A stretch of 64,000 nt of DNA from positions 386,335 through 450,334 of the forward strand of contig DAOMOX010000001.1 of NCBI GenBank assembly GCA_035444565.1, in the 5' to 3' direction. Both the position numbers and the translations under genes were made by a program. Source of the stretch: Candidatus Dojkabacteria bacterium. GTDB lineage: Bacteria > Patescibacteriota > Dojkabacteria > B142 > OLB20. The first letter of the stretch is position 1; the number at the start of each line of letters is the position of its first letter. Shown one piece after another: positions 10,224-19,008 of this stretch. Under the pieces are notes generated by a model that worked only from the letters and a program-made list of their open reading frames with translations, was not told the origin of the DNA and ran no database searches.

Positions 10224-11299
10224 AATCTACAAAACCAATAATCCTGGGGATAGATACTTCGTGTGATGAGACATCCGCTGGAGTTACTCATGGAGACGCT
10301 GTCCTCTCAAATGTCATCTCGTCACAAATTGATTTGCACAAAATATGGGGTGGGGTAGTCCCCGACATTGCGCGAAGGGCTCATCAAGAAAGAATTGATG
10401 AAGTCATCGAAAAATCTTTAATACTAGCTTCTAGAAATTTCAAAAAGAAAATTAATCTAGAAAATGTTGATGCTGTTGCGGTGACATATGGACCGGGCTT
10501 GGCAATTGCTTTGGAGGTTGGGATAGAAAAAGCGAAAGAAATCTCTAAAAAATATAATAAACCCTTAATAGCAGTAAATCACTTGGAGGGGCATCTTCTG
10601 TCTGCAATGGCAAAGGATAGTTTAGGGGAAAAAGGCCTAACATTATCAAAAAGAGATTTCCCTGCGCTTGGCCTTATTATTTCGGGTAAACATACTGAAA
10701 TTGTTTTGGTTAGAAATATTGGTGATTATGAAGTAGTTGGAGAAACTCTTGATGATGCCATTGGTGAAGCTTATGACAAGGTTGGTAGAATGTTAGAATT
10801 GGGTTATCCTGCCGGTCCCATTGTGACCAAATTTGCAAAACTTGGTGATTCTTCAAGGTTTTCACTTCCTATTCCCATGCGTAATAAAAAGGATAGCCTG
10901 GATTTCAGTTTCTCGGGGTTAAAAACAGCGGTATATTACATGATTAAAAAAGATCTTGGGGATATGTCTAAACAAGATGTTTACGATATGTGTGCGAGTT
11001 TCGAGAATTCTGCAATTCTACATTTACAAGACAAATTAGAATTGGCGATTAATAAATATAACCCCAAACTGATTTTAGTTGGTGGGGGTGTTGCCTCAAG
11101 TCCAAAAGTAAGAACCTCTATCAGAAAAACTACCCATAATTTCGGTCTCAAGGCATACTTCCCCAACTCAAACAAGCTTTACATGGACAACGGAGCAATG
11201 ATAGGGTTGGTCGCCTCAAATAAGTACGTTAACAAAGATTTTGTGGCAAACCTTATAGATCTCGAAAGAGAACCAAGAGCTAGTTTGAATAAACCGTAA
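10214..11299 (+). CDS. tsaD: tRNA N6-adenosine threonylcarbamoyltransferase TsaD (Kae1/Gcp family)
   Basis: 'ILGIDTSCDETSAGV' and metal-binding 'AVNHLEGHLLS'. ASKHA fold throughout. Confidence 0.9.
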   Translation: MGLKSTKPIILGIDTSCDETSAGVTHGDAVLSNVISSQIDLHKIWGGVVPDIARRAHQERIDEVIEKSLILASRNFKKKINLENVDAVAVTYGPGLAIALEVGIEKAKEISKKYNKPLIAVNHLEGHLLSAMAKDSLGEKGLTLSKRDFPALGLIISGKHTEIVLVRNIGDYEVVGETLDDAIGEAYDKVGRMLELGYPAGPIVTKFAKLGDSSRFSLPIPMRNKKDSLDFSFSGLKTAVYYMIKKDLGDMSKQDVYDMCASFENSAILHLQDKLELAINKYNPKLILVGGGVASSPKVRTSIRKTTHNFGLKAYFPNSNKLYMDNGAMIGLVASNKYVNKDFVANLIDLEREPRASLNKP

Positions 11300-11337
11300 T
11301 AACTATTTTTGTCAAAACAAAACTGCTTGTTATTCTA

Positions 11338-13239
11338 TTATAGACATTTATTCCTCATCTCAATGCTCATTGGTGAGCCATTTTCAACGAAATCGTTATA
11401 ATCGTCTAAACACACCTGACAGTCTGGCGAGTTGTTTGTACATAAATCACAGACTTTGTAAAAACTTAGATATTCGCAGACATTTGACTGAGTGTAATAA
11501 TCTTCTGAAGTATAGTCATCATAGTCGTAATCCTCATCATAATTATAGTCTGGGTCTTCAAGGGATGGTTCATCAAGATTAATTTGGTCTTCATAGGGTG
11601 GCTCGACAAGATTAAGTGCGTCTTCTTTCAATAATCCTTGTAAATCCATAAGGGTTAAGGTGGTGGGATTTTCAGGTGTTTCTATTGGAGCAACCATTTT
11701 CATCCCTGTCATCTTGAACTCAAAAAGACCTTTAACATTATTACCACTCTCTTCAATTTCGAAATCATATGCCACCTTTACTGGGTAACTTTCAAGCTTA
11801 GCGAAACATAATGTCAACTCAGATTTTTTCATTGGGAATTCCAAATCATTCATTTGGTCATATTCTTCTTCGTTGAAGTTCTCGTCATATAATTTCCCGG
11901 CTTCCTTGTAAATATTTATTATATTTTCTTTCGTCAACGACATCACATAGCATCTGGCATTTGTTTCGGAAACTTTCTCATCGAAACTGTTGGTAATTGA
12001 ATTTTGTACAGCAGGACTATTGATTAGTTGAATCACTTTATCGTAATCTTCTTTTTTTAGCTCTGTTTGGTCTTGACTACCAAATTCTTCTAGTAATTCT
12101 TCGGGGTTATATAGGTTTGCTTCTATACCTGCTTCTTTAGCCAATGTCTCTGGATCGAGCATAAACCATTTTCCTTCTATTTCCTCAACCTTTACGTAAT
12201 CATTTCGTGGGAAACGGTCAAGGTTGAAGTAAATAAGTTTATCAAGGATTCTAGTTTCAAAACCTGTATTAAGATTTACACCTGGAACTTCAAATTCCAC
12301 ATTAGTAATATTTCTAGCTCGGTCTTGATTGTTGAATTGTACTGAGTCTTGAGAGGTAAATGTGATTTTCCCTTCCCTAGAGGATAAAATTTTATTAATA
12401 CTATCTTCGTTAATTTCTCCTGGATCTTTCAATCCAAGTACAGGTTGTAGTGATTCTGCCAAAGTATATTGTAAAGATAATGATGTGTCATAATTAATTT
12501 GCTCTGCGGTTTCAACCTCTTCAATAATTTTATCCGCTCCGATTGGTTTTATGTCTTGTGGATCAAAGTCTGGTTTAAAAGGGGTATTATCCATGGTTAA
12601 AGCTTTATACATTCCAAGATCAAGCAAGTACTCCACCCTTGTGCTAAATTGTTCACCTTCTGACAATAAAACGGATTCCGTCAGTCCCGACACTAGTGGA
12701 ACATGATTCTCTTGTAGATATTTTGCTCCAAAAACAGCAACTGAAAGTGTCGCCAACACAACAAATACTAATACTACAATAATCAATATTTTCATAAATT
12801 TGGGTAGTCCTTTTTTAGGGATTACATCAGTATTGGGCATAGGTGTTTGTTGGTTTTCATTTAGAACAGGACTATTGATTGAGGTATTCATTGCTACGTT
12901 TGTATTTGCTTCCCGCGGTGTATTCTGCGGAGCATAGCTTGTTATGGGACTTGTCTGTTGAACACTATTTGTATTTTGAACAGGATTTTCTTGAGTTGCG
13001 GGTTGTTGCTCAATAAGCGGATTTTGAACAGGTTCGCTTTGCACAGTTTTTGTCATTTCCTCTGGTATAGCATCCGTGACTACATTTTGGTTTTGCATAG
13101 GACTCGTCAAACCAGGTGACGATGTGATTTGTGGGTTTGTAGGGTTAGGGGTGTTTGTGTTTCCAGAAAGTGTGGGGTCTAGTGATGAATCGGAATTATT
13201 TGTACCTTGTGTACCACCATAAGGATTGGATGTGTTCAT
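11338..13239 (-). CDS. hypothetical single-pass membrane protein with low-complexity N-terminus and acidic Tyr/Asp- and Cys-rich C-terminal tail
   Basis: 633 aa. N-terminal ~140 aa is Q/N/P/T/S-rich low complexity. TM 'ILIIVVLVFVVLATLSVAVFGA'. C-terminal 'DPDYNYDEDYDYDDYTSEDYY' is followed by 8 Cys in 45 aa. Confidence 0.6.
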   Translation of the reverse strand: MNTSNPYGGTQGTNNSDSSLDPTLSGNTNTPNPTNPQITSSPGLTSPMQNQNVVTDAIPEEMTKTVQSEPVQNPLIEQQPATQENPVQNTNSVQQTSPITSYAPQNTPREANTNVAMNTSINSPVLNENQQTPMPNTDVIPKKGLPKFMKILIIVVLVFVVLATLSVAVFGAKYLQENHVPLVSGLTESVLLSEGEQFSTRVEYLLDLGMYKALTMDNTPFKPDFDPQDIKPIGADKIIEEVETAEQINYDTSLSLQYTLAESLQPVLGLKDPGEINEDSINKILSSREGKITFTSQDSVQFNNQDRARNITNVEFEVPGVNLNTGFETRILDKLIYFNLDRFPRNDYVKVEEIEGKWFMLDPETLAKEAGIEANLYNPEELLEEFGSQDQTELKKEDYDKVIQLINSPAVQNSITNSFDEKVSETNARCYVMSLTKENIINIYKEAGKLYDENFNEEEYDQMNDLEFPMKKSELTLCFAKLESYPVKVAYDFEIEESGNNVKGLFEFKMTGMKMVAPIETPENPTTLTLMDLQGLLKEDALNLVEPPYEDQINLDEPSLEDPDYNYDEDYDYDDYTSEDYYTQSNVCEYLSFYKVCDLCTNNSPDCQVCLDDYNDFVENGSPMSIEMRNKCL

Positions 13240-13366
13240 AATATTGTATTAATTTAATACTTTATGATACATAGAAAAGATACCTATGACAAAAATTTCT
13301 TAAATTTTATATAGGCGTGACTATAATCAACTTTAAAAAAGACATTTTAACTCGTCGGAATTTAAG

Positions 13367-14623
13367 TTATTTGCCAATATACTCTTTTCCAAAATAAGGA
13401 ACGAGTGCTTTCGGAATCCTAATTGATCCGTCTTTTTGTTGGAAATTCTCCATGATTACAATTGGAATTCTTGATGTAACTAAGGCTGTTCCATTTAACA
13501 TGTGTACATATTCGTTTCCTTTTTCAGTTTTTACTCGGATGTTAAGGTTTCTAGCTTGAAAATCATCGGTATTCGATGTTGAGGTTATCTCTCCATAGTC
13601 ACCTCTGCCAGCCATCCATGCCTCAAGATCGTATTTTCTTGATGCAATTGCACCTAAATCACCACTACACATTTCTAATACTCTATATGGAATCTCAAGC
13701 GCTTGAGTTAGTTCTTCCTCTACTCTTAAGATTTCTTGGTGCATAGCTTCAGAATGTTCTGGCAGACTGTAAATGAACATTTCTAATTTAGTGAATTGAT
13801 GTACTCGATACAATCCTTTCGAGTATTTTCCATAAGCACCTGCTTCTTTTCTAAAGCAGTGGGAAACTGCAGCATACTTGAGTGGTAAATCTTCAGCTTT
13901 CAAAATCTCATCTGCGTGTAATCCCGCCATTGTGACTTCTGCAGTTGCGATTAAACCCAAATCTTCTCCGTCAATCTCGTATATTTGAGCTTCATCGCCT
14001 TTTGGTGCATAACCAGTCCCTAGATAAAAACGAGATTTTGCCATATCAGGGGTCATCACAAGTGTGAAGCCTTTTTGTTCTAAGAAGTTAATTCCAAATT
14101 GAAGTAATGCAAGCTCAAGTCGAACAGCATCATTTTTTAGAAAGTAGAACTGAGAACCACTAACTTTAGCTCCAGCTTCAAAATCTAACATATCGTGGAT
14201 TTTCCCTAATTCGATGTGGTCTTTAGTTTCGAAATCGAAATTTGGGATTTTTCCTACTTTACGAAGCTTTACATTATCATCCTCATTTTTTCCAATTGGA
14301 ACTTCGGGTCTGTGTATGTTCGGGATGTTGTTAATTAGCTGATTCCACTCGCGTTCAAGCTCAACTAAATCATCTTCGACTGATTTTATAGCATCTTTAA
14401 TTTTCTTCCCTTCTTCGCGCAGTGCTTCAAAGTCATTTGATTCCTTGCCTGTCTTTGCAAGTGTGTTTTTTTGTTGGTTTAAGTCTTCAAGTCTAGCTTG
14501 TGCCTCCATAAACTTCTTGTCGACATCCAACCATCTCTCTACAACCTGTGGATCCATTCCTCTTTCTGTTGTATTCTTCTTTACCAACTCCTGATTTTTT
14601 CGAATAAATTTTGGATTTAACAT
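13367..14623 (-). CDS. serS: seryl-tRNA synthetase
   Basis: N-terminal coiled-coil tRNA-binding arm and class II core motifs. Full length 418 aa. Confidence 0.95.
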   Translation of the reverse strand: MLNPKFIRKNQELVKKNTTERGMDPQVVERWLDVDKKFMEAQARLEDLNQQKNTLAKTGKESNDFEALREEGKKIKDAIKSVEDDLVELEREWNQLINNIPNIHRPEVPIGKNEDDNVKLRKVGKIPNFDFETKDHIELGKIHDMLDFEAGAKVSGSQFYFLKNDAVRLELALLQFGINFLEQKGFTLVMTPDMAKSRFYLGTGYAPKGDEAQIYEIDGEDLGLIATAEVTMAGLHADEILKAEDLPLKYAAVSHCFRKEAGAYGKYSKGLYRVHQFTKLEMFIYSLPEHSEAMHQEILRVEEELTQALEIPYRVLEMCSGDLGAIASRKYDLEAWMAGRGDYGEITSTSNTDDFQARNLNIRVKTEKGNEYVHMLNGTALVTSRIPIVIMENFQQKDGSIRIPKALVPYFGKEYIGK

Positions 14624-14639
14624 AATTAATTATTAATAA

Positions 14640-14900
14640 ATAAAAAAAAGTCCCTATGTATATTTACAGAGTAAACATACACAAGGACTCTTTCCGAAAT
14701 TGCGGAACAGCGGTGCCACCTATTTTCCCAATTATTTAGATTGGACTCTTTTAGAAATATTTAATTTTATGGAATCAGTCGATCGACTGTTTTTCCTTCA
14801 AAAAGCTATCTCATTAATGGTTCGCGTACAATACTGGGTAGCTTTTTTCTGTGTTGAAGAATTAGTTAAATGATATCAGTAGTAAGATTTACAGTCAATG
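14640..14900 (-). promoter_or_regulatory. T-box-like leader with sigma70-like promoter and intrinsic terminator upstream of serS
   Basis: Minus-strand promoter TTGACT-N17-TATCAT (plus 14870-14898). Minus-strand RNA contains 'AAUAGGUGGCACCGCUG' (plus 14704-14720), close to the T-box consensus AGGGUGGNACCGCG. Then a small hairpin UUCCG-CAAUUU-CGGAA. Then terminator hairpin GAGUCCUUGUGUAUGUUUAC/GUAAAUAUACAUAGGGACU plus U9 (plus 14642-14695), just before the serS ATG. Confidence 0.6.
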
Positions 14901-14947
14901 TATATTTAAGAAGAGACTGTTTAAATTTTAAGGAGAATTTTCAGAAT

Positions 14948-15736
14948 TTAGAAAGTTTGGTTACAATTGCTACATAAAACTTCGGATAAGATTTGCTTTT
15001 CCATCTTAAGAATTTCATATAGAGGATTGGTCCAGGATAAATGTAATTCATCAAGGAAATAATCAGCTTTTAATTTTTGGATTTTGGGAGTTTCTCGATA
15101 TCGTGGGTTCAATACAATCTCCTCACGAGCATTTTTCCTAATACAATAGTAGGCAAGACCACCTTCTTTTCGCAGTAGGTTGTAGTCGGCATGTGAATGC
15201 GTTTTATTAATTTTTAAAAAGATAACAGGGAAATCTTGCGTATTGATAAAGGTAAAGAAGTAACCTTTTGGAATCGCACACTTTTGTCCTTGGCTTACTT
15301 TTATAATGTAGGCTTTTTCTACATAAGTATCAAACTCGAATTCATCGGTTGGGGGCTTGTTCTTTTGCATTATTATTGTCAACTTACCATATAGTACTTC
15401 AACTATTGTTGTATAACTCCCGTTGGAACTCATCATTGGGGAGTAATATATATGCGACTTTATATACTCAATTCCAAGCAGACCAGCAGGGAGGTAAATA
15501 ATATCAAGATTAACCTCTGAATCTGCTAGATAATTATCGTCATGATGGTATACGGAATTGTACTCGTCATAAACATCCTTTGGGTAACTCAGGGACTTAT
15601 TTAATAGTGTTGGAAGGAGACTTGCGAGACTAACTGTTTGGGGTTGGTTGGTTACAATATCTTCTGACAGGAGCAGAGTATTATTCTTTGTATCCAGACT
15701 TATCGATAAATTACAATTATCTAGCAAAGTTACCAT
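14948..15736 (-). CDS. hypothetical protein (possible cupin-like fold)
   Basis: 262-aa ORF with no convincing motif. Minus-strand promoter TTGACA-N19-TATAAT upstream, at about 15766-15800. Confidence 0.45.
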   Translation of the reverse strand: MVTLLDNCNLSISLDTKNNTLLLSEDIVTNQPQTVSLASLLPTLLNKSLSYPKDVYDEYNSVYHHDDNYLADSEVNLDIIYLPAGLLGIEYIKSHIYYSPMMSSNGSYTTIVEVLYGKLTIIMQKNKPPTDEFEFDTYVEKAYIIKVSQGQKCAIPKGYFFTFINTQDFPVIFLKINKTHSHADYNLLRKEGGLAYYCIRKNAREEIVLNPRYRETPKIQKLKADYFLDELHLSWTNPLYEILKMEKQILSEVLCSNCNQTF

Positions 15737-15921
15737 CTGCGGTTATTATTTTCAAGTGAAGAACTTCATTATATGTATGAAAATGTAATTTTGTCAAATC
15801 TGTTTGACAAACATTAAACTATAGGCTTGACTAAGTGCTTGAAACACCATGCTATAAAAGGAAAGAACGTTTTAAAAGAAATCGTCGATTTGTGGATAAC
15901 TTCTTGACAATAATTCGTGGA

Positions 15922-17826
15922 TTAGTAGGTTTTTATGGATTTTATAATCTCGGAAACAACATTTGGGTCTACTAGCGTAGATGTGTCGCCCAAATCGCCT
16001 GTCTCCCCTTGTGCAATTTTTCTGAGTATTCTACGCATAATCTTTCCAGATCTCGTTTTTGGAAGTCCTTTGACAAGCAATATTTTGTCCGGTTTGGCAA
16101 TAGGTCCGATTATTTTTGAAACGACATTTTTAATCTCTTCTGTGAGTTTATCTAAGTCTGATATTTCCTCTGTTGAGATTATAAAGGCAAAGATACCTTG
16201 TCCTTTAATTGGATGTGGGTAAGCAACTACTGCGGATTCGATAATACTTTGGTGTTCGTTTATCGCACTTTCAATTTCTGCTGTTCCCAATCTGTGTCCC
16301 GAAACATTGATTACATCGTCAACACGCCCGATGATGCGGAAATTCCCATTAATGTCTTTTTTGCATGCATCGCCACTAAAGTATAATTTTGGAAATCTAC
16401 TAAAATAGTTCATCCTGCATCTTTCGTGATCTCCATATGTTGTTCTAATAATCCCCGGCCATGGGGATTTAAAACATAATAGACCTTCTTTTTCGTCTTC
16501 AAGAATTTCTTTCCCTTTTTCGTCAACAATTATTGGTTGAATACCAGGTAGGGGATGTCCTACCCAAGATGGTGTTTCTGGAGAAAGTCCTGCAAGGGAA
16601 GACAACATAATACCTCCAGTTTCTGTTTGCCACCAAGTATCTACTATGGGACAGCGTTTCTTTCCTACTTTCTCGTGATACCACTTCCAGGCTTCTTCGT
16701 TTATAGGTTCACCCACGCTTCCGAGGACTTTTAGCGAAGGCATATCATATTTATTAACAAATTGATCACCTTGGGCCATCAATGAACGAATTGCTGTAGG
16801 AGCCGTATAAAACTTCGTTACATTATGTTTTTCTATCACCTCCCAGAACCTACTTGCATCCGGCCAGGTAGGAACTCCTTCAAACATTATGACTGTAGCA
16901 CCATTTAGTAGTGGGCCATAAATCATGTAACTATGACCGGTAATCCATCCTACATCTGCAGTACACCAGAAAATATCATCATCATGGTATTGGAAAACAT
17001 TTAAGAATGTATAATAAGCATATATCATATATCCAGCTATTGTATGCACCACACCTTTTGGTTTCCCCGTAGAGCCCGATGTGTAAAGGATAAATAAGTT
17101 ATCTTCGCTATCCATGATTTCTGGTTCGCAACTGCTACTACTGTATTTAATCTCATCATGCCACCATGAGTCTCTGCCTTTCATCATATTAACTTCAATA
17201 CCGGTCCTTTTGAGTACAATAACATTTTTAATACTAGGGCTTTGTTCTAGTGCCTCGTCGGCGATTTCCTTCAGGTTGATTGTTTTTTCACCCCTGAATA
17301 ATCCGTCAGAAGTTATTAACAAAGTACAGTCCGAGTCATTAATTCTTTCTTTTAATGAATTTGCAGAGAAACCGGCAAAGACAACTGAATGAATAGCTCC
17401 AATTCGTGCACAGGCTAATACTGCAAAAGTAAGTTCGGGAACCATGGGCATGTAGATGCATACTCGATCACCCTTTTTTATGTTTTTTGACTTTAAAACG
17501 TTTGCGAATCTTCCGACCTCGTTTGTCAATTGATTATAACTAAACTTCCTGACACCCTCCCTAGGGTCATTGGGTTCCCAAATTAAGGCAATTTTTTCTG
17601 GATGAGTCTTCGTATTTCGATCAAGTAGGTTTTCGGTAATGTTCAATTTCCCCCCTTTGAACCATTCGACTTTGGGTGTCTCGAATTCCCATGACAGAGC
17701 TTCGTCCCACTTTTTATGCCAAGTGAATTCTTCTGCTATTTTTGACCAGAATTTTTCAGGACTTTCTATACTTTCTTTATAAATTTCTTCATACTCTTGC
17801 CAACTTGTAATTTGGTTTGTTTGCAT
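15922..17826 (-). CDS. acs: acetyl-CoA synthetase (AMP-forming)
   Basis: Canonical N-terminus 'YEEIYKESIESPEKFWSKIAEEF'. AMP-binding motifs 'YTSGSTGKPKGV' and 'TWWQTETGG', and C-terminal 'SGKIMRR'. Confidence 0.95.
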   Translation of the reverse strand: MQTNQITSWQEYEEIYKESIESPEKFWSKIAEEFTWHKKWDEALSWEFETPKVEWFKGGKLNITENLLDRNTKTHPEKIALIWEPNDPREGVRKFSYNQLTNEVGRFANVLKSKNIKKGDRVCIYMPMVPELTFAVLACARIGAIHSVVFAGFSANSLKERINDSDCTLLITSDGLFRGEKTINLKEIADEALEQSPSIKNVIVLKRTGIEVNMMKGRDSWWHDEIKYSSSSCEPEIMDSEDNLFILYTSGSTGKPKGVVHTIAGYMIYAYYTFLNVFQYHDDDIFWCTADVGWITGHSYMIYGPLLNGATVIMFEGVPTWPDASRFWEVIEKHNVTKFYTAPTAIRSLMAQGDQFVNKYDMPSLKVLGSVGEPINEEAWKWYHEKVGKKRCPIVDTWWQTETGGIMLSSLAGLSPETPSWVGHPLPGIQPIIVDEKGKEILEDEKEGLLCFKSPWPGIIRTTYGDHERCRMNYFSRFPKLYFSGDACKKDINGNFRIIGRVDDVINVSGHRLGTAEIESAINEHQSIIESAVVAYPHPIKGQGIFAFIISTEEISDLDKLTEEIKNVVSKIIGPIAKPDKILLVKGLPKTRSGKIMRRILRKIAQGETGDLGDTSTLVDPNVVSEIIKSIKTY

Positions 17827-17894
17827 ATGATTAGAAATAACGAGTATATCAAACGTGTTTGAGAAGTTTTAATTACAAAATACTTTTGAATGAT

Positions 17895-18989
17895 TTATTT
17901 GGTTTTACGTAGTTCTTCCCACAAACGACCTTGTTCCCTTGTGAGTTTGGTAGGGATTACTACCTCTACCTTCACGTATTGGTCTCCATTACCTTTTCCA
18001 CGGAACTTGGGTGCACCGAGTCCAGTCATTTTCAATACGGTTTCGGGTTGTGTACCTGCGGGGATTTTCAATTCCTTGTCACCATGGACTGTGGGGATTT
18101 TGGTAGTGACTCCAAGTGTCGCAACTGGTGCAGAAACTTCGATTTCAAGATAAATGTCGTCTCCCCGACGTTCGAATTTGTCGTGTGGTTTGACTTCTAT
18201 GTTCAAAAACAAATCACCGTTTGGACCTCCTTTTAATCCTGCACTTCCGCGATCTTTGAATCTGAGTGTAACTCCGTCTGGGATTCCTTGAGGAATCTTT
18301 ACTTTAAAAAGTGTGTTTTCATTAATAATACCGTCACCGGAACATTTGTTACATTTATCTTTGATGATTTTCCCTTCCCCACGGCATTCAGGGCAGGTAG
18401 TAACTGTTTGGAAATTCCCTAGGAAAGTTTGTTGCGTTCTCCTCACTTGTCCCTGTCCGTTACAGGTGGGGCAAGTTATTGGAGAAGTGCCTTTTTCTGC
18501 TCCAGTCCCATTACATTCTTTACATTTGGTTTTTCTCGAGTACTCGATCGTTTTTTCGGCACCGAAGACAGCATCCATAAAGTCGACCTTTAGTGTAGCT
18601 TCTATGTCTCGACCTCTTCTACTTCCATTGTCTGATCGTCTGGGTTGTCCTCCAAATCCTGAAAATCCTCCACCAAAGAATTGCTCAAAGATGTCTCCAA
18701 AACCTGAGAAGTCATTGAAATCATAAGTACCACCGCCGTAGCCATATGGCGATCCTCCACCAAATCCCTGGGTGGCTGCATGTCCGTACTGATCGTATGC
18801 TGTTTTCTTTTGGTCGTCTGAGAGGACTTCGTATGCTTCTTGGACTTCTTTGAATTTGGCTTCGGCGTCTTGTGCCTTATTACGATCGGGATGAAATTCT
18901 TTGGCTAATTTTCGATATGCGGATTTAATCTCTTGTTTAGAGGCACCTTTCTTAAGTCCTAGGACTTCATAATAATCTCTTTTTTCCAT
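17895..18989 (-). CDS. dnaJ: molecular chaperone DnaJ
   Basis: J-domain '[33 protein letters not shown]'. G/F-rich linker and four CxxCxGxG zinc-finger repeats. Confidence 0.95.
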   Translation of the reverse strand: MEKRDYYEVLGLKKGASKQEIKSAYRKLAKEFHPDRNKAQDAEAKFKEVQEAYEVLSDDQKKTAYDQYGHAATQGFGGGSPYGYGGGTYDFNDFSGFGDIFEQFFGGGFSGFGGQPRRSDNGSRRGRDIEATLKVDFMDAVFGAEKTIEYSRKTKCKECNGTGAEKGTSPITCPTCNGQGQVRRTQQTFLGNFQTVTTCPECRGEGKIIKDKCNKCSGDGIINENTLFKVKIPQGIPDGVTLRFKDRGSAGLKGGPNGDLFLNIEVKPHDKFERRGDDIYLEIEVSAPVATLGVTTKIPTVHGDKELKIPAGTQPETVLKMTGLGAPKFRGKGNGDQYVKVEVVIPTKLTREQGRLWEELRKTK

Positions 18990-19008
18990 CAGTTAGCAGT
19001 CGTATGAA

